64,000 bases of DNA from a virus. The number at the start of each line of letters is the position of its first letter. The stretch's first letter is position 1. A program made the translations under genes and the position numbers. Of the stretch, positions 47,801 through 56,929 are shown one piece after another. The stretch is taken from the IMG/VR virus record IMGVR_UViG_3300031519_000002. One strand, given 5' to 3'. The notes below the pieces were generated by a model that saw nothing but the letters and a program-made list of their open reading frames with translations, was not told the origin of the DNA and made no database searches.

Positions 47801-50800
47801 TTTGCTGTAGTTGCGCCGCCTAAGCTAGTACCTACTACTGTTAAAGTGTTACCAACTTTATATCCACTACCGCTTGAGCCGATTGTGGTAGTTAGTGTGC
47901 CTGATGTTCTAGTAATATCAAATGTAGCACTTGTACCTGCATGTGCTACGTTACTACCTGCTTGACCTGTAAAGACTGTTGGTAGTGCCGGAGCAGTACC
48001 TGCAATACTTACAGTACCAATAGCACCAGTTTCGCCATTAACACTATCAATTGTAATAGTTGCATCGTTTGCTGTAGTTGTGCCGCCAATTTCTGTACCT
48101 GCTATTACAAAAGTTTGACCAACATGATAGTTTGTACCATTTGCTGTAACTGTTGTAGTAAATGTAGAACCGTCATTAGCAACATTAAACGTTGCACTTG
48201 CGCCTGCTAAATTAGCCATTACCTTTGATTCAAACGCACCACCGTTAAATGCCGCTGGTACTGATGATACATCACTTCCTTCTACACGAACATCAGTAAT
48301 AGCGCCTACGCCGTCAACTGATACTACTCTTAGATATAAATCGTTTGCTGGAGTTGCACCGCCTAATAAATTACCAGCACAAACAAGTGTGTCTGCTGTT
48401 GTATAACCTGTTCCATTATTACCCGATTGCTGGTATGTATACGTTGTTCCGTTTACATTAATTCCAAATTCAAGGGCGCTACCTGATCCACCTGTAAATG
48501 CTAAGTTTGACCCACCAAAGCTATAACTTCTTGATTGACTTGGTGGTGTACCTATACTCCATCCACTGTTATCTGGAACTATTGAACTAATTGATCCGCC
48601 TGCGGCAACTCCTGTAACTTTACCAACAAAGTCATTGCCTCCACTGGCTACGTTACCGTTTTGTCCTGTGCCGCCCAATAGCTGGCTACCTTCAATTCTT
48701 AGTCTGTCGTTAATTGCATAACCTGTACTGTCGTTTGGTGAACTAATATCAACTGAACTAAATCCAGAGCCTTCAAAGTTAATATCAAACTGCGCAGAGT
48801 TAATTGTTCCGCCTGCGTTTATATATGTTTTTGTAGGGCCAGTATAACTAATTGTTCCACTAAGTGCAGTACCTGCAATAGTTCCACCTGTTATGCCACC
48901 TGATCCATTAATTGTACTTACAGTTATTGATACATCGTTAGTCGGAGTAGTTCCGCCTAAATTGTCACCCGTAACTAGTAGTATGTCACCTATTACATAT
49001 CCACTACCTGCTTGTGTTACTGCATCAATAGTATATGTTGTACCACCTTTTGAAATTGTAAATTGTGCGTTTAGACCTGCAGGAGTAGCAATAGTACCAC
49101 TTACACCTGTATAGGTTTCTGTGTTTCTTGTAACTGCTCCAGTAAATGCACCACTCATACTAAGAGTGGTTCCTGAAATGTTGTTAACAAATATAGCATC
49201 ACCACTTCCGTTGTCTGCCGCTAGTCCTACAACAATACCTGTTGTGCTTGATACTACAATGTCAGTGTTTCCAATACTAATATCTTGTGTTAAGTTTAGT
49301 GGTAGTGCGTTACCGTCTGGTGTACTTGAAATAGCTGTAACTTGTGTTCCTGTTGGTAACGCTCCGTTAACAATCGGAGCACCAACTTCTGGAACATCTC
49401 CTGTAAATGCAAGTCTGTTCTCACTAATTTGTGCAGTAAGTGCTAAACTCATGGTACCGTTTGTACCATTACTAAACAAAGTAAATGCCGGCTGTCCAAC
49501 ACTTGCTCCTGTATAAAATGCACCCTGTCTTAGCTGTGTATACGTTGTTGAAAGAATTTGGCCATTAGTTGTACCAACTTTTGCTTTAGCATAAAATGTA
49601 AATGTAGTGTTAGTTGGAATGGATTGAATAATAAATGATCCTTCACCACGTGCCGCGCCGCCAACACTATCTTCAAGTGCTTTAATTGTAATTGGGGTAC
49701 CTGCTAAGAATCCATGGGCACCAACTGTTGTAACTGTAATTAAACTTGATCCAATGCCAGCTGTGCCAGACGATGCATCTGTTTGTACTGTTAGCACCTG
49801 TGTATCAGTGCCTGGTAGCTCGTACACACTTGGATATCCGCGCATCATACCAATAGCTGACCATTTAGTAGGCTGTAGACCGTACTCAAAGTCAGCGTCA
49901 AGCATTGACAATGGAGGTGCAATACGCATACGTTCAATAGCATCAGTACCAAAGTCATATGGTCTTGTTCTTTGCTCTGGGCTATCAATAAAGATTTGTA
50001 ATTCATCTGATTCTACGTGCGTCGAAGTATTGTAGTTTAAGTCAATAATTGTTACTGCATCAGTAACTTGTAAGTATTTTGGAAAGTCTAAGTCAGCATT
50101 TTCATTAGCCGACACACTATCATACTTTGGAACATATCCACTTGAATCTCTAGGTGTAACGTCATCAATTCTTGTTACTTTACCGCCTTTTAGAACATCT
50201 GTAAAGTTGTAAATAACTTCTGATTTAGTAGTGTTTGTTATAATTAACAAGTCACTAGCATCATAGTTACCTTGGAATCTAACATGACCTAATCCTTTGC
50301 GCTCAAAGGTCGGTAATGCACTTGTGCCTGTTGTTAGTACACTAATAACAATTCCTGACAGTAGTTGAATACGTCCAGGAGCCGCGTTTTCAACAGTCTT
50401 AGTTCCGTCAATTACTTGAGCAATGTTACCTTGATAAGGTGTAGACTGTGGCGAGTTATTAAAAACATGGTTAACAAGTAAGTCACGAGTATATTCTTTA
50501 GCTCTAATTTCTGCTATTCTGTCACCGTCGACTTGAGCAACGTCTTGCTCCCAATAAGTTTTTGAAATTCTTGTTGTTTCTTCGTTACCAGTGTAGCGTA
50601 AATCGTGCGCCCAAGCAACAAGGTTGTACCCTGTGTCTCGTTCACATCTTGCTTGATCGTAAACATACCCACTAAAGCCGTCTGCCCCGTCTGCTACTTG
50701 CTGTGCGATCCAAGCCGCCACCTCCGCTTTAATAAATGCTATGTTTGCATCTAACAATGCCCATGCATTCGGATACGTGTTGTCGTTTACTCCAATACCT

Positions 50801-50838
50801 GGATAAAACTTGTAATTATAAATCTTTTTCTTAGCCAT
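44896..50838 (-). CDS. Very large virion structural / tail fibre-like protein (1980 aa)
   Basis: Gly/Thr/Ser-rich; N-terminal CERD.G...DL..GN helical motif; five GG.T..ND repeats; lectin-like C-terminal region (YSWYGAG). Confidence 0.75.
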   Translation of the reverse strand: MAKKKIYNYKFYPGIGVNDNTYPNAWALLDANIAFIKAEVAAWIAQQVADGADGFSGYVYDQARCERDTGYNLVAWAHDLRYTGNEETTRISKTYWEQDVAQVDGDRIAEIRAKEYTRDLLVNHVFNNSPQSTPYQGNIAQVIDGTKTVENAAPGRIQLLSGIVISVLTTGTSALPTFERKGLGHVRFQGNYDASDLLIITNTTKSEVIYNFTDVLKGGKVTRIDDVTPRDSSGYVPKYDSVSANENADLDFPKYLQVTDAVTIIDLNYNTSTHVESDELQIFIDSPEQRTRPYDFGTDAIERMRIAPPLSMLDADFEYGLQPTKWSAIGMMRGYPSVYELPGTDTQVLTVQTDASSGTAGIGSSLITVTTVGAHGFLAGTPITIKALEDSVGGAARGEGSFIIQSIPTNTTFTFYAKAKVGTTNGQILSTTYTQLRQGAFYTGASVGQPAFTLFSNGTNGTMSLALTAQISENRLAFTGDVPEVGAPIVNGALPTGTQVTAISSTPDGNALPLNLTQDISIGNTDIVVSSTTGIVVGLAADNGSGDAIFVNNISGTTLSMSGAFTGAVTRNTETYTGVSGTIATPAGLNAQFTISKGGTTYTIDAVTQAGSGYVIGDILLVTGDNLGGTTPTNDVSITVSTINGSGGITGGTIAGTALSGTISYTGPTKTYINAGGTINSAQFDINFEGSGFSSVDISSPNDSTGYAINDRLRIEGSQLLGGTGQNGNVASGGNDFVGKVTGVAAGGSISSIVPDNSGWSIGTPPSQSRSYSFGGSNLAFTGGSGSALEFGINVNGTTYTYQQSGNNGTGYTTADTLVCAGNLLGGATPANDLYLRVVSVDGVGAITDVRVEGSDVSSVPAAFNGGAFESKVMANLAGASATFNVANDGSTFTTTVTANGTNYHVGQTFVIAGTEIGGTTTANDATITIDSVNGETGAIGTVSIAGTAPALPTVFTGQAGSNVAHAGTSATFDITRTSGTLTTTIGSSGSGYKVGNTLTVVGTSLGGATTANDATIVVASVDGSGGLSTVTITGTGAGGGGLSLVNGVTLTDFTTAEISSSSSVNFEALATIEVTWPYSHGIVPGDTFLVDVNSDDGGTNNHALASGSFLAINIPTTKKIRYNTRAPGSILEFTAGDSTEDRIQGNVYLRPDSFFIHRPYDGGVQLGTGGPQHGAQAIRQSKKYIRYQSGKGIMYTTGALFAPSYDVRTITADGTGIGAIVTITTDDNDHGAQVGGKIRLIGVETAGYNGEYVITQIIDERSLRCLSTRRLGATTAILGFAAQMTVVGWHGATVRSGVFDDQNGIYWEFDGSNVSVAQRTSTKQVAGTVAINTDSNLMIGNNTRFRDQLKAGDRIVIKGMTHVVSNVDSQTQMTVTPDYRGVNSVLAAKVNLITDKKVLQEEWNLDRLDGTGPSGYNMDVRYMQMIGIQYSWYGAGFIDWMLRGADGNFVFCHRMRNSNVNTEAFMRSGNLPVRYEVTNEGSNSALRTDITASETIIPVVESKFFPDAGTVYIDNELISYTSIDHVNKNLTNVTRGTTLTNFQAGATRQYNAGPATSHIARTGVILISNTITPLISHWGSAFITDGGFDDDRGYIFSYTETGLSVSTTKQTAFLLRLAPSVSNAIVGDLGDRELLNRAQLLMQGLEITSDGTADDDTPIRGGIVIEGVLNPQNYPLNPGDIGWTGLAGLAQGGQPSFAQVASGGSVNWNSGDSATYTTAAVMAQVTTSAQLMPWWNFRTNRSYGYFAQDSWETANLTAGDQIADGAGGGDFFPAGTTIQQIIDQTVYGRYLVYFSSNPNANSSNGASQSFQKGGDTVNSAFALFTKSVWDAAGAKGGTSLGNSAGAPTNQSDITFPASSSVSNIEGPLLFGNQGSGGIEYYKVTFNNSYNGTLSAGDLFNFEFSQPPFAQPGETVFSFIATPGERATLDLGQLKELTNTTLGGRGTFPNGPDVLALNVYKTTGEALDANIIIKWGEAQA
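47700..49100 (-). repeat. Five ~85-110 aa modules (G..LGG.T..ND..I.V..V...G.I) within the 1980 aa protein
   Basis: Repeats visible in translation; 26-bp identity at 47788-47813 vs 48055-48080. Confidence 0.8.
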
Positions 50839-50843
50839 TCTCT

Positions 50844-51401
50844 TTATGCTCCAAATGCTACTGCAAGGGCTGTGGCCGTTGCGTCTACATAACTTTTACT
50901 AGTTGCGTGTGTACCCAGTGTAGGTTGATTAACCAACAATACATTGTTACTGATATTTACGTCTCCGACGAAGCTTGCACCATTCATATTGATTGATGAT
51001 GCTGAGCTGTCTGGATTCGTTGCCATATCAATTGTGTGTACTCTTATTTGTGAAGGAGTATTATATCCAATTTCTACATTGTCTATGCTACCCGGAAGTG
51101 CTCCAACACTTTTAATAATTACTCTGCCGTTAACTACTGATAATGCAGTGTCAGACAAGTAGTTAACTTTAAAAACACCACCGGTTACAGCAAGGCTATC
51201 AAAACTATTTGATACTTGTGTTCCCGTATCGTCACCTGCATCATCTGCTGGAGGAACATAAGCAACAAACGGTGTTCCGTTGAGCAAAATGCTTTGAACA
51301 TCGATAACAGGAGTAGTTAGTTTACCAGCTGTGTCGACTGTAAAGAAAGGACTTTCAAATCCATTTTGTGCTTGGAATTTATCGTTAATTACTGTTGCCA
51401 T
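50844..51401 (-). CDS. Putative virion structural protein
   Basis: 185 aa; C-terminal HATSKSYVDA...LAVAFG motif typical of fibre-associated proteins. Confidence 0.6.
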   Translation of the reverse strand: MATVINDKFQAQNGFESPFFTVDTAGKLTTPVIDVQSILLNGTPFVAYVPPADDAGDDTGTQVSNSFDSLAVTGGVFKVNYLSDTALSVVNGRVIIKSVGALPGSIDNVEIGYNTPSQIRVHTIDMATNPDSSASSINMNGASFVGDVNISNNVLLVNQPTLGTHATSKSYVDATATALAVAFGA

Positions 51402-51413
51402 TGTATTCCCTTA

Positions 51414-52889
51414 TTAAATTGCGCTTATCGATTTGATTGTAATAGTTCCTGCCATTGATGCATGTGATGTACATACATATCCATAGTTTCCTGAGATATT
51501 TGAAGGAATTTTCCAATACAATGTACCAGATGTTTTACCTTGTGCCGATGAACCAGTTGTTTCTGTGCCGTCTAACGCAACGTGTACTAATCCAGTACTG
51601 TATACCGATCCACCACTATTCTGAATTTGGAATGGGTGATTTGCTGTTGTAATCTTAAATGCAATAGTTGCCCCTGCCAATGCAAAGAGTGTTGGATCTT
51701 CTGTTGCACCATACTGATCAAATTTATATCCATTGTTTGAATCTGCTGTCACAGTTAATGTTGTAATTGCAGGATATGCTATTTGGTCAATAGTATGTTC
51801 ACTGTCTACCCAAGAACTTCCGTTATATACAAGTACATTACCAGTTGTAACTCCAGTAACATCAACACCACTAAGTGTTGCAAGTGTTGGAGAAGTTCCG
51901 TTAATAGTAATTGTATCACCCGTTATTGCTGTAGTAATATTTGTACCACCGGCAATAGTTAGTGTGTCAGTTGCACTGTCTGCTTCTGCAAGACCTGAGT
52001 CTGCTTGAACATTACTAAATGCATTTTGGTTTGCTTCACCACTTAGTGCATCACCTGCATAGTTAATAGTAAGCGTATCACCAACAATACTAGTTGTAAT
52101 GTTTGTGCCGCCTGCTAGTGTTAATGTGTCAGTTGCGGCATTTGCAGTTGTTGTTCCAGTATCGCCTGCAACTGTTTCGAATAAGTTCTGAATGCCAGTT
52201 GCGGCTGGTGTAATAAATGTAAATGTACCGTTGCCGTTTGCAGATAATACTTGTCCACTCGACCCATCAGTAATACTTAAACTAACAAGCGTTGTTGGAA
52301 TGGTCGGCTTGTTATTTAGGTTATTATAGTTTGTAAAGTACGAGCTATCAAAGCCATCAAGGGTGCCAGCATCAACTGCCGCGCCACCTGATGATACGTC
52401 AACCCCAGGTGCCCATTTGCCTCCGTCCCATTTAAGAACGTTACCTGCTTGCGGTGCTTGTGAAGTTGTATCAACATCAGTTAAACTATTAATAGTTCCC
52501 GTGTATGCAACTGCTGACAGTGGATCAGTGTAGTTTGGAATTGCGCCGCCACTAGCGTCTAATAGCATTTTACGCCATGCACTTGAGTGTGCAACATAAA
52601 CTGTTCCGCCTTCGTGTACATGTAGCATTGCACCATGATATGTGCTTGTACTAATTGCGTTCATTTGGTTTAACGTTGACGCATGAAATGATACTTTGTT
52701 AATTTTGTTATCGTCGTTTGGAATATCAAGTTCTAAACTTGAGTTCACTAAGTCCTTTAAGTTTGTACCGTCGCCTAACGAACTATATAGTTCGTCTGTA
52801 TTAGTATTGATCTTAGTAGCACCTGCTCTAAGACTATCACCAGTACCGTCGTTTGCGGCTGTTCCTAAATTTAAAATTGATTTTGCCAT
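51414..52889 (-). CDS. Tail fibre/baseplate protein with gp9/gp10-type N-terminus and C-terminal cupredoxin-like domain
   Basis: GTAANDGTGDSLRAGATKIN; DTLT.AGGTNITT twice; HPF...YVCTSHASM. Confidence 0.75.
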   Translation of the reverse strand: MAKSILNLGTAANDGTGDSLRAGATKINTNTDELYSSLGDGTNLKDLVNSSLELDIPNDDNKINKVSFHASTLNQMNAISTSTYHGAMLHVHEGGTVYVAHSSAWRKMLLDASGGAIPNYTDPLSAVAYTGTINSLTDVDTTSQAPQAGNVLKWDGGKWAPGVDVSSGGAAVDAGTLDGFDSSYFTNYNNLNNKPTIPTTLVSLSITDGSSGQVLSANGNGTFTFITPAATGIQNLFETVAGDTGTTTANAATDTLTLAGGTNITTSIVGDTLTINYAGDALSGEANQNAFSNVQADSGLAEADSATDTLTIAGGTNITTAITGDTITINGTSPTLATLSGVDVTGVTTGNVLVYNGSSWVDSEHTIDQIAYPAITTLTVTADSNNGYKFDQYGATEDPTLFALAGATIAFKITTANHPFQIQNSGGSVYSTGLVHVALDGTETTGSSAQGKTSGTLYWKIPSNISGNYGYVCTSHASMAGTITIKSISAI

Positions 52890-52891
52890 TC

Positions 52892-53407
52892 TTACACCTT
52901 ATCAAATGTTATGTTCGTATTATCAAAATACGTACTTGTTGCATCAAAAGTATTTATTCCAGAGCCTTCCTCGACACTAGACACGTCTGCAATAATAGCA
53001 GGCGGAGTCAATTGATGTATTGTTTTTGCATACGTTGCATGATATATTAATTTAGCGCCAGAGTATATACTACTTGACGGATTAACGTGTATCTTGCAAA
53101 TGCTTTCGTCTACAGTAACCGATAATGCAATTAGTTCTTGGTTAATACTTGATCTTCCAAATACACTTGCTACTGCTCTATCAGGTCTTGCAACTACTGA
53201 AAGTTGCATAATTTCTTTTTCGTTTGAATCAAATTCAACTGTGATTTGATACGTTACACTACTGAATTCGCCAACATGCCATTGATCCATAATCGTGTTG
53301 TAGTGACAGCCGATCCAATTACCTTTATAACTAAAGCTAGATCTGTCCGGCAGATGAATTGTTTGGTTTGAGCCTTTTGTAAATAGGCCTGTTAGAAGTT
53401 TATTCAT
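52892..53407 (-). CDS. Putative virion structural protein
   Basis: 171 aa; late promoter; C-terminal FD-x5-FD-x5-FD repeat. Confidence 0.6.
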   Translation of the reverse strand: MNKLLTGLFTKGSNQTIHLPDRSSFSYKGNWIGCHYNTIMDQWHVGEFSSVTYQITVEFDSNEKEIMQLSVVARPDRAVASVFGRSSINQELIALSVTVDESICKIHVNPSSSIYSGAKLIYHATYAKTIHQLTPPAIIADVSSVEEGSGINTFDATSTYFDNTNITFDKV

Positions 53408-53425
53408 AGTTCATGCTCCATATTG

Positions 53426-53432
53426 TATTTAT
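53426..53432 (-). promoter_or_regulatory. Late promoter for fibre operon
   Basis: ATAAATA, then GGAG SD, then ATG at 53407. Confidence 0.65.
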
Positions 53433-53464
53433 CGTTTTATAAAGATATGCAACAGTACAGATTT

Positions 53465-54028
53465 TTATGATATATCTACTAAACTATGGGCAAATTGATA
53501 TAAATTATCAAAAATTTCAGTCTGCTTTTTAAGATCTTTGTTTGCAAACGTATTTAACTTCTTAACAGTTTCTGCTCCGTATCCTGTACGTAGTAACACA
53601 GGTCTTGCTTTTGCTTTTACTGCGGCCTTAAGGTCACTAATTTTATCTCCAACATACAAACCGTTTTTCCAATCACATCCTACTTCTGCGGCCGCACGTT
53701 TAAACATTCCTACATTAGGCTTTGCGTAAATATCGTCTTTAAGACTAGTGGTTGAATAATAAAGGCCATTAATGCTCTTGCATCCAATGTCGCCTAATAA
53801 TTTAAGCATATGATTATGTACTAGGTCAACATCAACTTCGTCCATTATTCCTTTACTGATCCCACCTTGATTAGTAAGGATAACAACGTCATACCCCTTA
53901 TCTCTAATCATTTTTACAGCTTCTAAACTACCTTCAATTGGTGTAAACTGCTCAGGGCGAGTTACATATGTTCCAATATCTACATTAATAGTACCATCTC
54001 TGTCTAATCCAATTACCGGTGTACTCAT
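53465..54028 (-). CDS. gmhB: D-glycero-D-manno-heptose-1,7-bisphosphate phosphatase (HAD IIIA)
   Basis: LDRDGT, TNQGGI, KPNVGM, VGDKISD, RTGYG; start MSTPV. Confidence 0.82.
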   Translation of the reverse strand: MSTPVIGLDRDGTINVDIGTYVTRPEQFTPIEGSLEAVKMIRDKGYDVVILTNQGGISKGIMDEVDVDLVHNHMLKLLGDIGCKSINGLYYSTTSLKDDIYAKPNVGMFKRAAAEVGCDWKNGLYVGDKISDLKAAVKAKARPVLLRTGYGAETVKKLNTFANKDLKKQTEIFDNLYQFAHSLVDIS

Positions 54029-54029
54029 G

Positions 54030-54890
54030 TTACGGTCTCCATCTATCATCTGACCAGCCTACTTGTTCTTTATTAAACCAATCTAGTTCAAAAAGTAAAA
54101 TATCATCAGTGGCTGTTAATGTTTGCTTCCATGTTTCAACAAACTCTAAAGTTTTATTATTTAATTTGCAAACGTGTTCTTGTATAAAATTTGCGGCTTC
54201 GTGTGTGAGTGGATGCACTTCGGGCTGACTCATATGTAAATGTTCTGGATTTTTACTAGGCACACTTGTTGGTCTTGTTTTAAAAAACTCGTCGTCGACT
54301 CCAAAGCCTAGTGCATTAAGTATTGGTGGACAAGTAGTTTTAATATCATCTTTGTATTTTTCTAGTATTGCTCTACAATCTTCTAATTCTAAATATTTGT
54401 TTTTAGTATTAAATTCTTTACTAAGTTCGTTCCAGCCCTCTGTTGGCTCTCTAAAGCCAGTAGATATAACATTACATCCAATATTTTCTAATGCTTTGTG
54501 TGTACTGCTTATTAATGCACAGTCTCTCATTGTTGCCCATATAGGATCTGCATAGTCCCAAGAATTTTCATAACGATAATTGTTTACAATAAATGCTTCA
54601 TCAGTATTATTAGCGTTAAAGTTACCTGGTGTCCACCAACCTCGGCCCATATGATATCTGTCTTCGCGGAAAAAACTAGACCACTGTAGTAAGATGATAT
54701 CGTCTTTATTAAATTTGTGTTCAGTGTTTGCTTCCCATAGTCGGGTTGATATGTATTGATTACCTGCACCACTACGTCCCCAGTTCTCTCCAACAGTGGC
54801 ACCTTCTTCTACGTAATGATGTATTAATACATCTGCCCAAGTGGGATAAAAATACTGTGTTAGACTGCATCCAAATGCAAATACCCTCAT
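54030..54890 (-). CDS. SGNH-like hypothetical protein
   Basis: FGCSLT, NWGRSGAGN, QWS...RED, C-terminal HP. Confidence 0.55.
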   Translation of the reverse strand: MRVFAFGCSLTQYFYPTWADVLIHHYVEEGATVGENWGRSGAGNQYISTRLWEANTEHKFNKDDIILLQWSSFFREDRYHMGRGWWTPGNFNANNTDEAFIVNNYRYENSWDYADPIWATMRDCALISSTHKALENIGCNVISTGFREPTEGWNELSKEFNTKNKYLELEDCRAILEKYKDDIKTTCPPILNALGFGVDDEFFKTRPTSVPSKNPEHLHMSQPEVHPLTHEAANFIQEHVCKLNNKTLEFVETWKQTLTATDDILLFELDWFNKEQVGWSDDRWRP

Positions 54891-56350
54891 ACTAGATGCC
54901 TTAATAACTCTAGCATTAACTTATGTGGGATTGTTTTTGATCGATCAAAATTTATTTTGTGCTTACAAATCTCATCAATTTGCATTAGTACTTCATCGGG
55001 CAACATATTATATTGTGTTAAAATGCTATCAGTATCAAACAAATCTAATCCATGCATTACTAGTGCAACATTATATTCGTTAAACAACACTTTCTTTGTA
55101 TATGATGTAAAATCATCAGCAATGGGCAATCGCGTCTTCCACATTTTTAAATTTTCTTGTAGTGTATGTGGCAATGGAGTACTTGCTACTTTGTTCCAAA
55201 ACGGCGTATCACGCCTATTGCTAACATAGTGCAATGCAATAAAGTCTCTAACATTTTCCATTATAGCATTAACTTCTATGTTATATCGATTAATACTTTG
55301 TTCATTATAATTAATCATACGACGAGCTAATAAGAATGCTTGATTGATACTAGTACCAATACTACTTGCTTCTAAAGGTTCTACAAAACTAGCACTAAGG
55401 CCAATAGCACAAACATTTTTAATCCAAGGACGATCAACTGCACCTGGGTCAAATTTAATATGTTTTGCTACGTCAATACTATGTCCTAAATATTTTTCAA
55501 CTTCTATTTGTGCCTGTTCTGCTGTAATAAAGTTACTGTCAAAAATATACCCGTTTCCTTTACGCCCTTGTACCGGTATACGAAACATCCAACCAGCATC
55601 CATTGCTTTAGCTAGAGTCCATAACGGAGTTTCTTCTTCTTGGGGAGTAGGAAATACAATAGCTTCCTTCATTAGCAAATGATCACTATAACTATTCCAA
55701 GTTGCTCCCAGCTTTCCAATTAATAGTCTAGAAAATCCTGTACAATCAATATAAAAATCATAATTATATGTTTTAGTTTTACTTGTAATGTAATCTATAC
55801 CTTGGGTGTTGACTGCTACATCTACTATTTCATCATCAAATACATTACATCCTTTTTCAATTGCAAACTTAGTTAAAAAATTATTTAATTTTTGTGTATT
55901 AAAGTGATATTGACTAACTCCAGTATCGTTTGGACGCTCATCTATAAATTTATTAAATGGTACATTGTTATTCCAAAGATAATCACCCGTCATGTCTCTT
56001 GGATTGCATTGTTCACCAATAAGTTTTGCAAATGCGGCAGGTAATCCTAAATGTTCAAACACAAAAGGAGAATGTACACTTTGAAGATATGGTTTATCTC
56101 CCCAATCTTCAAACATAATTCCTGTTTTGAATGTTGCATCACATTCATTAATAAGTTGTGCAGTCTGTATGCCAACATGATCCATAAATACTGACCAATG
56201 TTCTGTTGTCCCTTCACCAACTCCAATAGTTCCAATTTTTTCTGATCGGATAATGTCTACTTGATAGTTTGGATAAGTGGTTTTTAGAATTAATGCTGAT
56301 ACAAATCCTGCTGTACCGCCGCCTACTACTGCTATTTTCATGTCATTCAT
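54887..56350 (-). CDS. Flavin-dependent halogenase 3
   Basis: VGGGTAG, IGVGEGT, ATFKTGI, WMFRIP, FVEPLEASS. Confidence 0.9.
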   Translation of the reverse strand: MNDMKIAVVGGGTAGFVSALILKTTYPNYQVDIIRSEKIGTIGVGEGTTEHWSVFMDHVGIQTAQLINECDATFKTGIMFEDWGDKPYLQSVHSPFVFEHLGLPAAFAKLIGEQCNPRDMTGDYLWNNNVPFNKFIDERPNDTGVSQYHFNTQKLNNFLTKFAIEKGCNVFDDEIVDVAVNTQGIDYITSKTKTYNYDFYIDCTGFSRLLIGKLGATWNSYSDHLLMKEAIVFPTPQEEETPLWTLAKAMDAGWMFRIPVQGRKGNGYIFDSNFITAEQAQIEVEKYLGHSIDVAKHIKFDPGAVDRPWIKNVCAIGLSASFVEPLEASSIGTSINQAFLLARRMINYNEQSINRYNIEVNAIMENVRDFIALHYVSNRRDTPFWNKVASTPLPHTLQENLKMWKTRLPIADDFTSYTKKVLFNEYNVALVMHGLDLFDTDSILTQYNMLPDEVLMQIDEICKHKINFDRSKTIPHKLMLELLRHLV

Positions 56351-56918
56351 CTAATGTATACCATCCCGTTACAATGTACTTACTTCCTTTGTAAATAGGA
56401 TTGCCGCGATGTGGATGGGTAAATGCTGTAGGGAAAATACTTAGCTTGCCTGGTTCGGGCTTAACTTTAACTCCTTGGTATAGGAATTCTGTTTCGCCGC
56501 CTTCTTCTACAGCATTTAAGTAAACTGTGTAAGCAAGTACCCGCGAACACGAACTTAGTGATGCGCTTTCACAATGCCAAGCATGATAACCTTGGTGCGG
56601 CATAGTCTTTTGTATACTCATTCCTTTAGGAGAATGCTGTAAAACGTTACCTAAACTTTCATACTTAGTACGATACTTTTCTGTGTACACTTTATTAAGA
56701 GTAGCATAGAAATAACGACACAAGTCATCGTCTGCATGGTATCTTGAATTATGATTTGCCCAATCCATAATAATTCTTTCGTCTTGATTCTTTGTACTGC
56801 TTTCAAGGTTTGTTAATTGACTGGCAGACATTTCTTCAAAGCGTTTAATTATTTGCTTACACCAATCAATCGGAAAAACATTCGAGTATTCTTCAAGTCC
56901 GTCAAAATTATCTTTCAT
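56343..56918 (-). CDS. 2OG-Fe(II) oxygenase (prolyl-4-hydroxylase-like)
   Basis: YHAWHCE, YLN...GGETEF, HRGNP, KYIVTGW. Confidence 0.88.
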   Translation of the reverse strand: MKDNFDGLEEYSNVFPIDWCKQIIKRFEEMSASQLTNLESSTKNQDERIIMDWANHNSRYHADDDLCRYFYATLNKVYTEKYRTKYESLGNVLQHSPKGMSIQKTMPHQGYHAWHCESASLSSCSRVLAYTVYLNAVEEGGETEFLYQGVKVKPEPGKLSIFPTAFTHPHRGNPIYKGSKYIVTGWYTLDE

Positions 56919-56929
56919 TTATTTTTCTC

